A stretch of DNA of 63,813 bases, counting the filler, from Choristocarpus tenellus KU-1152 (lineage: Eukaryota > Protista > Phaeophyceae): the NCBI GenBank assembly GCA_964200185.2. It is 11 parts of 11 records of this genome, joined end to end, with 100 filler letters (N's around TTAATTAATTAA, not from the genome) between each part and the next. Parts side by side here need not be neighbours in the genome. Positions count along the whole stretch, not along the records: positions 1 to 10,759 come from CAXNAD020002732.1; positions 10,860 to 17,906 come from CAXNAD020006791.1; 9 more parts are not named here. The stretch is one strand, 5' to 3'. Of this stretch, positions 1 through 12,311 are shown in pieces (within the stretch, counting starts at the first letter, position 1; each line of letters starts with the position of its first letter). Under the pieces are notes generated by a model. It had not been told where the DNA came from. It saw only the letters and a program-made list of their open reading frames with translations, and ran no database searches. The position numbers and the translations under genes were made by a program.

Positions 1-408
1 CCCCCCTCCCAGATACTTTGGGTCATATGTAGCACATGTGCGTATGCATTTAGTCATCCTCCATGCTCTTCATCGCAGGTATGGAAAAAAATACAACTAC
101 CGCGCTAAGACAGACTCAATGATGATTCCGTGCAAAGTGATCAGCTTTCCTCTCCTCTTAACATATACTACGAAACCCCTTAGGTGAAAAACTAATAGCA
201 TTGGATCGGACTGGTGTGACGTCATACGTTGAGCGATAATATTTTGACATCTTCTGCAATTATTATCCTGCTGTTATTTCACCAATTCTCAGGGGGATTC
301 GAAAAAAAAGAGCAAGGTGTTTCTCAACCAAGAAGTACCATAAAACTAATATATTTGCCAAATCTCTACTTTGCTTGTTGTCATAAGTTATCTTGCCATT
401 ACAGCTCT

Positions 409-667
409 GAGTCAAAGTATCTTAGAGGGTAGAGCCGTGTCGATTTGGGGGCCAAAATCCAATGTTGCGATTTTGGTGCAATTTTGGCTATCGTGTTTGT
501 TACGAAGAGTCAATATCCATGTTCCGGACACACCTTTTCAGAACATATACACTTTACCCACTCCTAAACATTTTGGAGTAGGAAAATGCCATAAAAGAAC
601 CCACGGGAAGCCAAGCACCAAATGGACAAACAGGGCAAAACCTGTACCCTCTAAGATACATTCACTC
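409..667 (+). mobile_element. MITE family A, copy 1
   Basis: About 260 bp with terminal inverted repeats aaagtatcttagagggta...taccctctaagatac; same body recurs 8 times in the window. Confidence 0.85.
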
Positions 668-819
668 TCTCACTAGCCGTCTCTCCCTCTATGAACAAGC
701 CCAAACTGAAAGTTCAAGGAATACAACATCCCAGACACACCTGATCACGATATACTGCGCGAGTTCATCCACATAGCAATAGTTCCACCGAACAGTAGTT
801 CAGAGCCACTTGAACCCAC

Positions 820-964
820 CTTTCTTAACAATGAGTCGAATACCAACTCCTATCTGCCTTGTGTCACGGATTCCATTCCACTTGACAATGTCCGCCACGG
901 TGATGCCATGCTTCTTGGCTATCCTTCCCAGATTATCTCCTCTGTCCATCACCTCGTATTTGTC
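820..964 (-). CDS. Exon encoding the LysM domain of the TPR-WD40 gene (absent from the ORF track)
   Basis: Acceptor ctccag and donor gtgggt. Translation fits the LysM pattern (Y.V..GD.L..IA..hG.....I..WN......I..G..L.V) and is in frame with the preceding exon ending TIRTWEWGTRGERQ. Confidence 0.9.
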
Positions 965-967
965 CTG

Positions 968-1034
<67 letters not shown>

Positions 1035-4000
1035 TGTGTGTGTGTTTGTGAGTGGGTGGAAGCACAGGATCAGAGGGTATGGAGAGTGGTTTTGAGGAAA
1101 CTGTATCATACACTAGGTAGAACCTCAAATCAATGAGGACATGGAGGGATTAGAGCTTGCTAGAACACCAATGTGCTTTTTCTGAACTGATGTTTCGATA
1201 GTTGTCACCATTAGTAGTAGAACAGGGAATCGTTCTAGTTCTCCAACATTAGGGCTAGGGTCAGGGTCAAAACTCCCATGGCTCCTCGGTCTGCCCTTGT
1301 GCTTGTTAATTCGGACATCTTGGCAGAGAGGTGCTTGGGTATGGAACTGGAGCTATGCACTATGTGAGCTAATGCACACACATTGAAGCAGCTATACTTT
1401 GTGCTTGTTTACCAATCTCGTCTAACCCAAAGTGATTATTCTGTTCACGTGAAGTGGTGCATGAAGTTGAAATAATAGTGGTTGAATCTGATGTCATGGA
1501 GAAGTCGCCATGGCACAGGAATCTTACCATACGTACACCAAAAATACGGGCAAGATGTCTTAGTGTTATGACAAGGGCTCAACAGGTACACTTGCTCCTG
1601 GGCTGCTCGCACTCATGCTAAAATAGACACCAATCACCCTCGAAGTGAGTTGCTGTTCATTGTACCTGACGCTCCCCTCTGGTTCCCCATTCCCAAGTCC
1701 TGATCGTACCATCGTTGCTAGCGCTGATGATCTTTCTTGCATCGAAAGCCACCCCAAGTACATCACCAGTGTGCCCACGAAGAGACATTATTGTCTCCCC
1801 AGTGGTGAGGTCTGTAACTGCCACTATATGGTCCATCCCACATGACACAACCTTTGTTGCATCAAACTGTAGCTGTCGAACGGGCCCTTTATGTACCCAG
1901 GTCTTCATCATCACCAGGCCAGTTGTTGCCCACCAAACAATGATCGTTCCTTTGTCAACAATATATATAGCAGAGTATCAGCTCAAACTTTCATATTTCC
2001 GCAGCATATAAAAATTATATATATGTATGTATGTATACAAATTTTCATTGTTCTTCTGTGTTACATTTTTGAATGTAATGTGGCAACATTTATCAGAAAT
2101 CACGCTCTGGGTTCTTGAAGGGCTATTGTTGAAGTATTGAATCACACACACACATATATTCTGAAGGAGTCAAGCATGGGCTTGTATCATGGTCTTAGAT
2201 ATCTAGAGCGTATTGATAGTGACAATGTGCTTACATAATGTGCAGGACTACTACCTTCAGTCCCAGTTCCTCCCAACTCTGTCCATAATTATGGTGTTGA
2301 TTTACATTTATCAAAGAATAGGCTGGAAATTTTTGATCTGTGTCTTTGATATGGGTGAGCGAGTAGACCTAAGCTTGTCGGGGGTGACCCAGTTCAAACT
2401 CTGCAAAAAACGTTTGGAGTGTGCTCGGAAAAATGCAAAAAATAGTGTACACCACAATCTTTGGTATAAGGGTATGTGTCTGGGGACAGCAGGGTTAGGG
2501 CTAGGGTGATGTACGACGCATCTGGTAGCAAGTCAATGCGACCTAGTCTAACAAAGATACAAACCGTTGGCACATACCTTCTTGTGCCATTTCCAATCGT
2601 CACAGAGGAAAATTCAAACTATCACAACCCAGTGTGACCATTGCTAACAAAGATACAAGACCGAAAGAGTGAAAGTATCTTAGAGGGTGATAGTTTTGCC
2701 CTGTTTGTCCATTCAGGGCCTGGCTTCCCACGGGTTTCTTATGCCACTTTTCGGTTTTCTGTGTTAAAACAGCTACCTAAAATGCATACAACTATGAAAG
2801 GTGTGTCCGGAGCAAAGATGTTGACACTTGCTAATAAACACGATAGTCAAAATACAACAAAATCGCAACATTGGATTTATGATCCCAAACAGACGTGACC
2901 CTACCCTCTTACACACTTTTGTTCAGCTTCTTATGGCTTTTCTTATCGAGTGAAAGTATCTTAGGGTTAGGGTACGAGTTTTGCCCTGTTTGTCCATTTG
3001 GGGCTTGGCTTATCTTGGGTTTTTTATGACATCGTCCCACTCCAAAATGTTTCAGAGTAGGTATAACGTATACGTTATGAAAAGCTATGTCCGGAACAAG
3101 GATATTGACAATTCCTAACAAACACGTTCGCCAAAATTACATCAAAATCACAACATTGGATTTTGGCCCCAAATGGACGTGGCTGTACCCTCTAAGATAC
3201 TTTGGCACTATCTTCACGGAGGAAAATTCAAACTATCAGAATCGAATTCCACATGTTTAGAGTATATATATTATTGTGTTTGGCACCGTACCGAGGCATG
3301 ATTCTATTGTAGTGGGAAGGTATATTTAGGCGCTTTGAGTGTTTGGGCATTAGTTTCTGGCTGCCCCCCTTGTATATTCCTTGAATGCAGCCGACCCTTC
3401 TTAGGAGGCTCAGGCTGTAGGAGATAATGTTCGCCCACAGAAGCACAAAAATTCCTTCAGAGTGCATAAAGCATTGGTGCTAGAAAGCAGTCACAGAGGA
3501 GGTGTTGGGCGATCTGGAGTTGCCCTTTCTGCAGTCGAATATGTAGGGTTCTTATTCGCATTTCATTTGCTTTTGATTTTTCGTCAATGTATTCATGTTC
3601 TCGTGCAAAGTCCTGTCGAAAGACATGCCTGAAGGTTGCCATTTGGTTATAGTAGTATATAGCCTTATCACGGTGAAGATTGACCAATAGCGTGCACACT
3701 TATCGCACTCTTAAAACTTGTTACTGGAAAATTGAGTACTTTTTTTTAACAAGGATGTTGAAAGCCTCGTGAGGAGAATCCGTAAGAGTGATAGAGTTCG
3801 TACCCACTCGATTTGATTTAGTTTTTCACAAGAAACTCCAGCTTGTGGATTCTTGACTGTTGTCAAGAATAACGAGCCCTATCTAATACTCATAGAGCAC
3901 AACTTGTGCATTAAGGTCAGGTTGAATATTTCGACCTGAGGGGTGCAGAAGAAGGGAAGTGGATGTCACTGCACGTCATTTTCAAACGCCCGTAGAGATC

Positions 4001-7000
4001 ATCTCAGAAATGAAGAGATCACAAGAGAGGATCCGTATTTCCTAGACTGACGAAGAGCTCACCATCTTCATGACCACTGACGAGTTCAAGCCGTCCATAG
4101 CAGACACAGGTTGCAGTGTGTTGGTTACTGGCTAGCCTTCTAAGACATACATAGCTCCCGAATTCTTCTATTCCTCTACCCTTCCTAGGACCCCACACCC
4201 TAACGTCCCCGTCTGCACCGCCGCTCAAGAGGAACGACAAACCTGGGGCGACCAATAGGATTTGAGGAAATGGAAGAGACAGGTCTAGGTCGAAAGGTCT
4301 GAATTGAAAATATATCTGCTCCTCCGACCCTTTTTTTGGAACAGAAAAAGTTGAGTGTCACAGTATGATCAGTAACAAGAGCTGGTCTGGGAAACATGTA
4401 CGAACAAAGTGGAGTTGAGAAAAAAACTAACACCAAAGAAAGGAAGAAAAATACTTCTTCGAAGTTGTCCCTACACAATTGATTCTTTCTCAAGCTCCAC
4501 ACGTAAAACAATACAGCAAAGTGTCAAAGTAAATGAGAGGTATCCAGAGTTTGCATTTTAAGGATGGTAACAAATGTGTCCAAAATTAGAACTTTTTTTT
4601 TTCGCACAAAAGTTAGTTGGATGTTTTCTGAATTGTGTTGGAACACTTTTAAACAATGGAGAAAAAAACACTCTTAAGTCAAAATTATAATCTCATCATT
4701 AGAAATATGGGGCGAATGGTAAAAGACTGAAAACACACTTAAAATGCAACACGGCCAAAACCCAAGTGTCTTTTCGTTTACTTTGACCCAGATGACTTTG
4801 GAATCTTTCTGTCCTCTTCTAGGTCTTGCCTGTTTGCAGTGATACGACACTCTTGCTGTGTCCATGGAGCTTGTGCAGGATGGATCCATTCCCTGGGTCC
4901 CAAACCAGGATTGTCTTATCGGCAGCTCCAGACACAATCTTCATTGCATCGGCTGCCACAGAGCACACAGTGGCTTCATGACCTCGCAGGACAAGCTTTC
5001 GCTCTTTCTCTTCCAAGTCCCACACCTGGAATCTCATATGTTCAGTAGAGAAGGCGGGGGGACCTTTGTGTACTTGAGAGATAAGGAAGAGATAACATCA
5101 ACTCACAAGCTATAAGACAAGAGGGCGGTGGAATTGAATTTGCTGCTGCTTGGGTCAAGTGTGCTTGACTCTAGAAGTCTCAGCAAGGAATAATGAGGGG
5201 TATTGTGAGCTTAGATGCCCTGCTTCAGTTTGCCGGTGTGTGAGTGCTTAGAAGAACCCATCGGCCATTGGATATTTGTGCATTCGGACTGTTGTGGGGG
5301 AAAAAAAACGTGCTTTGCTGTTTGATAATTTGTGGTTTTTAGTTGCTGTTTCGCAATTGTAAGTAGAGCGTCATGCCCTTTCAAGATAAAGAGGATCCTG
5401 TACTTAGAGAGACTTCAGAATTCTAAGCCGTGAAAATATTCTTTCCAATGCTAGCAAAACCTCTCTCATGGGTTTCCATGACTGCCAAGTGCGAGACATT
5501 CCATCCAACCCCTTGGATGAGACGAAACCTGAAGGAAGATGTAAGGGCCTTAGAATGAAAAAAAGGTATCACCTGAACGGTGCAGTCCATGGAACCGGTG
5601 TAGACTTTGTATTTGTAGAAGAAGAGGGCTGTGATCGGTCCACAGTGCCCCAACATTTCCCCTGTGTGTCGCCCAGGTTTGTCGCCACTAAAAACATGCT
5701 CCAGCTGTCCTTTATGGATGTCATAAACCAGAATCTAATGATACAGTACAAGTTTCGGTTGAAAAGGGTTTCAACACAATTAACAAGTTGGTAGGGTTTG
5801 ATTAGAACGGCCAGAGTCGATGCGCTTTATACAACGATCGTCTTTTTTTTTTGCCACCAATATGATGTTTCACGGCACTTGATTGGGCGAAAAAATATGG
5901 TGAGTGCTGACTGCTTGATTACAGCTAGGTACTCGGAGCATGAATATAAATATTTCTACAAAGTATTTTCGTGTGTTGCAACAACAATAACGATACTCAC
6001 CTGAGTGCCCTCTGTAGCAACAACCTTCTCCACACCCCCTGTGGCGGATCCATCCACCTCATTTCCTGCGGTGTTGGCAGGATTCAATCCAATCAGCTTC
6101 AACTTAGACTTGGCAATGACTCTTCGCATCAAGTCTCCACCTTCAATAGCGATATCCTATCACTCATGAACAATTAGGTTGGGTTTCAAGCAGTTACGAT
6201 TCTTGGCACAGGTCTGCGACAATGATCCTCCATTTCCGTACACCAAATGGGACAGAGACAAATCCGACACATAAGCAGAAAATGAAGGGGACATACAGAA
6301 ACCGTTGGAATATTGAAGCTGTTGGGAATCATGCTCTGTAGAAGTACCTGCTATGAGCAATTCCCGATAGAGCTCCCAGCACTCAACAAAACCAAACATA
6401 ATATTGCTATCTCCACGAATGTTCAATCCAACTGTTATTCCTGGGTATGCTCCCTGCTCCCTGGAGAAAAGATTTGCCTCAGGGGTAACACGTGTCAAAA
6501 TTCAAATGGCAGAGGAACAACAGCTTCAATCGAGAAATTCAGACTGCAAAAAATTGCATACAGCAAAATCTTAAGAGGAGGAAGAGGGAGCAAGAGGATC
6601 TGACCTGCTCTAGTTGTTCCAGTTCATCGATATTGTTGTTGACCCTGTTCTTGACACCTGCCAAAGCTTCCTCTTCATTGCAGAGTTCCATCTCCACCTA
6701 CCCAGGAAAGCATTTACACAATTTGGTGTTGGTTGTCTTTCAACTATGTGCTTGGGTTAGTTGGCACAAGTGTTTCTTGACATCTGACTGGAGTAGAAAT
6801 CTCACGACTACTGAAGTCAACAATTTCGGGCAACTTTGTCATGGCCACAAGGTGCATCGCCTGGCAAATACACTGGTAACAGCTGGGGATAAACTTCAAG
6901 ATGCTTCAATCCCCTTGCCTGACTTACTACATTAAAATAGGTGCAGTACTCACCTCCTTTTCCCTCTCCCTGAGTCTAAGCTTTAGTTCCTCTATATCAA

Positions 7001-10000
7001 ATGACATAGTCTCTCCTTCGTGGATTAGGTTAGAAGTCATAGTGTCCTTATCGCTAGTCAAGGCCTCCTTCAATTGTTCCCTTATTTGGGTCAACATTTT
7101 CTCCTTCTTGCGGACAACCTGCTAGTACAGCATATGTAAAAAAATGCACAATATGTGTCAGCCCCTGGCATATTCACCCTGCTCCTCAGACAGGGCAAAA
7201 ATGCATTATGAGTTTGATACATTGTGAAGGCGTAAAGGGTTACTCTTTCCTTTCCATTCCTATCACTCGTCGGACCAAAGGTCTACAATACCCAGCAGCC
7301 CTGAAGTGTCCTAGGGGGATTGTTCAGACAAGGCCGTCCATTCAGGGTTTGATGGGGTGTTGAAAAACGCCCCAGTTTGATACCCGTTTTGCGGGAGATC
7401 TTCCTTTGGATTTGGTCTAGGCAGGAGGGATGAAAAGGGAAGGTACACACAGTTGAAGGAAATTGCCCTTTCGTTTGACACTTTCCCTTACTTGACTTGG
7501 AAATCGCTTCAGGGTCACAAAGGTCCCAAATCCAATATTTTTTTCTTCAATTTCAAGTGGTTTCTGTAAATTCTAGATCTTTTCCTTCTTCATTAATAAA
7601 TGGTCACCTGACTCCCCCACTAGGATACTATGGGCCACTTTGCCCACAGTGGGAGTACATTGGAGCAGATATGGCCCTTGCTACTCAGCATGCAGCAGCA
7701 AGACAAAGCACCCCAAATGCAGGCCCAAACGGGTAGAAATATGTGTGTATGGCTAGGACCAACTTTGATACAAAAACATCTATCCACACAGTAGGCGTTG
7801 AGAATACAAGCCCATGCCTTACAAAGCAATGTTATTGTTGCTACACGGATATAAATAGGGGCAGGGTCATTGGCAAGTCTCTTTTCAAGAGTGAGGGGTG
7901 TTGTTGCCAGTCTTGCCTTTCCCTGGACACTCTTGGCACTCCTGGATTCCTCCTTACGAGAGTTCATATTGGCCTTGCGCTGGCACATGCTCACGTACCC
8001 TGCAGTTACCCTTTCCAGCGTCACAATCTGTGGCAAATCAGGAGTCAGAGCTGTAAGCGATCATGGAGCTTCTGATGTGCTTGTCAAGAGTGAAGTTGAG
8101 CTTTGTTTTAAAGTAACTTAGGAGCGAAAATTGGGTTTTTCAGGTAGCTCCAAAGCATGGCTGCTCTGTGTGGGTACAGCCAATTGACTAAATGCTGAAC
8201 CACATTAAATGAAGTAGGTATGTATATATATACGTATATTGTAGGCTTCCATCCACAGGAGGGCGTGATGATCCTCTCCAATTTGATCTAAATCAAACTT
8301 TCAATGGTATCAAAATATGAAGTCAAAAGTGTGTTTTTCGTATCCCCAGAAAAAAAGCGGAATATTGATGTTAATTGTAATAACTAATTGCCCCACTCCC
8401 TGCGCTTGGTAGTACACTAATAAAATCGCACAAGATGAGACCCCACAAGAAACGTCACACAAAAAAAGAAACTGTAGTGAAGAAATAACAAGGAGTGATT
8501 CCTTTCCAGAAATTGTAACACCTTGCTATTTTCAGCTGTCTGGTTCACTAGGCGGGTATGATAATCTTCCAGGGTAAGTTTGGTCTTGGAGAGACGACCT
8601 GTGAACTCCTCCTCCACCTGCTTCGCCTTCTCATGATACATGTCTGTGAGCTCCTGCAGAAGGTTTGGGAGCAGTGGAAGATACTGCTGAGCAATCCTCT
8701 CATTTTATTGCCATTGAATTGCTCGGCTTCCAATGTCAAGCAAATACCTCCCAATATCCTGCCAATTGCTGATATATATATATATATATAGCAATGTTAG
8801 CCATAGTTCATTCAAGTGGTTTCACCAGAAATTCAGCAGGTTGTCCTGACCCAAGTAGCCGTTGAGGAATTGAATGTCCCTACAACTCAGCAGGATTGAC
8901 TTAAGACGCAAAGTATTCAAGAGGGTAGGGCTGCATCATCCATTTGGGGTCAAAAATCCAATATTGCGACTTTGAAAAAAATTGGGTATCGTGTTTGTTA
9001 GCAAGTGTCAATATCCTTGCTCCAGGCACACCTTCCATAGTCATGTACATTTACCTACTCCGAATTCCGAAATGTTCACACAGAAAACCGAGAAGGGCAT
9101 AAAAAAAACTGGGAAGCCAAGCCCCAAACAGACAAACAGGGGTATAATCCTACCCTCCGAAACACTTTGGAACTTAACATCACGAAAAAACATGGCCAGG
9201 TTTGCTTCGGGTAACTCAAGAAGAATTGTGCACAGGTTACCCTGAACACAACAACACAAATCGTATTGTCAACACCATACTTGCTCACCTCATTGCCCAT
9301 CCTCCTGTAACCTTCCTCCAGTGCCCTGTAGATACGCGCTTCATGCTGGCAGTCTCTAATCTCTGCATTTGCGCTGAGGGAGCGTTTGAACAGAGCGACA
9401 GCTTCCCTGAGAGTTTTGTCCGTGGCAACGATTGAGGATGGCACATCAGTTGGACTTGGGACCGAGTTAGAAAGAGAGGCAGATATAATAATATAGCGTT
9501 GTGCAGATAGAGTAGTATAGCTTTGTACTTGAACCCTTGTACCCACAATACACCAACATCCTCAGGGTTTTGTAACCTGTGCTGTGACGAAGCTTGGCAA
9601 CAGTGCCCCAACCCTTCAAGAGCATTGGCAATCCCTGGTCTGTACTTGGCTTCAGTAGCCAGCTCAAGTGACCTAGTTGGGGAACACTTGATGTATTAGA
9701 AACGGATTTGTTCGAGAGCAGGCATGGCATCTTCACCAACTCCTCTCACCAATTCCTCTCAAAAGCTATTTACAGGATCAAGGTTTCCAATATTTTAATC
9801 AATCGAAATTTGGGGGATGGACCCTCAGAGGAGGAGTTTAGAGGACATACAGAGGTTTCTTGTAAACTAATAACCGGTTCATAGTGAACCTTGGCCTATG
9901 TCACAAATATTGTGCACTTACTCTGAGTTGCAAGTGTGGCTATGACCAGGGGATTTGATATATACACATACTTTTTGTTCGGCAGGTAAAATGTTGTGTT

Positions 10001-10401
10001 ACCATTAACGTATCAGAGCGGTATGAGGTGTTCTTATCTCCCAGGTAAGTACAACTTTGATGTGACCAAACTGAAATCTGGACGAGGAAAAGCAATCAAA
10101 ATAACTAAATCAAATCCAAATCGTAGATAGAGGAGGTGTTTACTTAGAGGAATGACTCCATACAAGAAGCTGGTATCCTCAACAAACACACCAGATAGAT
10201 CAATTGTTTGGTAGGGGCTTGAAAAAGAATCTGACATGCCACCAGTGGTCTTGAATGCAAGAGCTTGTTGTCCAACCTATCAAAGCTGACCATTGCGTAG
10301 TCGATCCTCCCCGCCACCTTTTGAGCCTGGGCCAGGCGGCAGTGTACTAGGGCTAGCATCCGGAGTCCATTTTGGTCAACAAGATTCCCCAGGAATTCTA
10401 A
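820..10401 (-). CDS. TPR + coiled-coil + WD40 + C-terminal LysM protein (multi-exon, about 607 aa reconstructed, 5' and 3' ends not found)
   Basis: Phase-consistent exons in transcript order: 10401-10277, 9672-9577, 9406-9289, 8653-8522, 7118-6954, 6697-6605, 6156-6001, 5704-5573, 5025-4830, 4242-4063, 1949-1666, 964-820. TPR-like helices (LALVHCRLAQAQKVAGRIDYAMVSFDRSLELA; IANALEGLGHCCQ..HREAVALFKRSL), a charged coiled-coil segment, repeated GH..SG..D..I.VW WD40 units, then DKYEVMDRGDNLGRIAKKHGITVADIVKWNGIRDTRQIGVGIRLIVKK (LysM consensus). Confidence 0.88.
970..1047. repeat. (GT)n microsatellite
   Basis: Long GT run directly abutting the LysM exon acceptor site. Confidence 0.97.
2667..3205 (-). 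mobile_element. MITE family A, two adjacent copies (about 2667-2920 and 2948-3205)
   Basis: Both start gagtgaaagtatcttag and have the reverse-complement body of copy 1; intronic. Confidence 0.85.
4545..4760. mobile_element. MITE-like family D, copy 1
   Basis: Ends ttgcatttta...taaaatgcaac are inverted; similar sequence at 12549-12760. Confidence 0.55.
7330..7640. repeat. Dispersed repeat, copy 1
   Basis: Shares blocks (ccccagtttgat.cc.gttttgcggg; ctaggata.tatgggcc) with 59050-59285. Confidence 0.6.
8905..9170 (+). mobile_element. MITE family A copy
   Basis: caaagtattcaagagggtag...taccctccgaaacactttg; same body as 409-667; intronic. Confidence 0.8.
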
Positions 10402-10568
10402 CTATGCATATGTGCATGTGAGAGGGTGTAGATTGGATATGATTTCGGTCAAGGTGAGACAAGAAAGAAAAAAAGTCTACCAAAGCCACCAGGAATGTGT
10501 CGATACCATAGAAGAATCATAACGCTAAGATATACCCGCGCCACATGCTCCAGGCAAGTAGGCAAAGG

Positions 10569-10758
10569 CCCAAAGTAACTGGGGGGGGTGTGGCGGCTGT
10601 CCATTTGGGGCCGATTTTTTCCATGTCGCGATTTTTGAGTAATTTGGTTGCATATGTCGGATGGATATTATAAGTGCACTTTTCCTTGTTATGGCCCAAA
10701 TTGACACTTTCGTGTAGACACCCCCCCCCACCCCCCCCCCACCTTAGGATACAAATTC
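10569..10758 (+). mobile_element. MITE family B (poly-G type) copy
   Basis: caaagtaactggggggggtgtggcggctgtccatttgggg...gtgtagacacccccc; matches 59848-60019. Confidence 0.75.
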
Positions 10759-10759
10759 G

Positions 10760-10859
10760 NNNNNNNNNNNNNNNNNNNNNNNNNNNNNNNNNNNNNNNNN
10801 NNNTTAATTAATTAANNNNNNNNNNNNNNNNNNNNNNNNNNNNNNNNNNNNNNNNNNNN
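10760..10859. other. Assembly gap with artificial TTAATTAATTAA linker (others at about 17907, 21973, 25501, 30616, 34093, 45752, 49246, 55998, 60877)
   Basis: About 44 N + ttaattaattaa + about 44 N, same layout at 10 places; the linker gives stops in all six frames. Confidence 0.97.
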
Positions 10860-11699
10860 CCCCAGATACTTTGACCCAATCACAAAATGCCATTGGTACT
10901 GAATGATTGTTGGAGAACGGGGGCCACATCCAGATTTGTGACCCTCCAAGTCCGCAACAGTTATTTCTCTGAGAGAATAGACTGAATTCTCTAAACCTTC
11001 AAAATTAGGCGTCAGCAATTGATGACCCAAGAAAAAATTACTCAGCACAGATCAAATCAGGTGTGGTGGTACCGTCTACGGAACAATGCAATTTCGTCCG
11101 TGCTAAAATGCACTGATGTTTAATTGATTTCACCTTGTTTTCACACACTGTAGACTACAGGCGATAGTCAGGAAGTAAAAATAAAAGAACAGTGCAAAAG
11201 GGTGAACAAGCTTGGGATCAGGACCCCATCGTCTGAAGTATGTGGTCTATTAGCTAAAGCATTATTTCCCCCCCCTTAACCTTAAAGCCAGGAAATGTTT
11301 AAACGACTTTGGCTGTGGCTTGCTTTGCTGCAGACTTACCTAAACTACGGTTTGACACATCAAACTGGAGCTGTGAATCTTCGGCTGAATGTCGGCTACA
11401 TTGTTGCACTGTTGAAGACACCGTGGCATTGGAAAAGCCAAATCAAATCAACTGAAAAGGTTGAATCTGCCTAACATTAAAAAAGTGGTGTCTCATTTGA
11501 AGTAGTATTGAATGTTATATTGTCTGTCATCTATCTGTATATACGGCAAAGCAAATCCTAATTATTATCTGCAAACGTTGGCATACAGTGAGGGCATGCT
11601 ATGTAAGGCGGCATATATGAAAACGTTGCAAGACAGAATTGTCTTGGAGCCTGAAAGGGATTGTACACGTATCATGGTAACCAAAAACAGATGGTAATT

Positions 11700-11960
11700 A
11701 TATCACAATATTGTCTGTCATGCTCAGATCCCTGATCTGAATTGAAAATTTCAAGTGGACCAAAATTGGAGAATAATCTCTCAACTAGAGCTTGAGGGAT
11801 TGTGAACACTTTTTTGTCAACAACTGGGACTAGTATGGCAAAGTTAAACAGTTGACAGATGGTGGACATGACATAACTGGAACTTCTAGAGAAATCTTAG
11901 ATTGAAGCAGATCAACAACAAATCGTTCAAAAGTCAAGTGGTAGGAATATGCCCCACATG
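11700..11960 (-). mobile_element. Ty3/gypsy-type integrase fragment (decayed)
   Basis: FAILVPVVDKKVFTIPQALVERLFSNFGPLEIFNSDQGSE resembles the rve core (FG.P..I.SDQG.EF). Confidence 0.8.
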
Positions 11961-12195
11961 AGGTAATTTAGTTCATCGTTGAGCGGTTTTATCGCTTTTG
12001 ACAGAGTTGGCAACCGTCACACCAATCATTAATACCTCTTTAAAAAGTAGGCCACCACCAACAATCTCGTACCTTGTCTTTTTGTATGTTGGTTTTCCCC
12101 AAATGTTCACCTGGTGAGGGATTATTGCGAGATGCATGCAGTACCAAGTGATGTAACAGCTTTGGTACACTGCTGCTATGCCTCTAACCTAGCTT

Positions 12196-12280
12196 AGCCC
12201 TACAAAGGTGGGCAAGGACCAAGGGACGTATCTCAAGAATCTGACTGGCCGATCATTTTCGTAGTAGTAGAAGTAGAATT

Positions 12281-12311
<31 letters not shown>

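Noticed and set aside
810-1136. Plus-strand ORF with a CVCVCV repeat
   Set aside because: It is a GT microsatellite translation, antisense to the LysM exon.
10804-10815. Recurring TTAATTAATTAA as a biological motif
   Set aside because: It is always centred within N runs, so it is an assembly linker.
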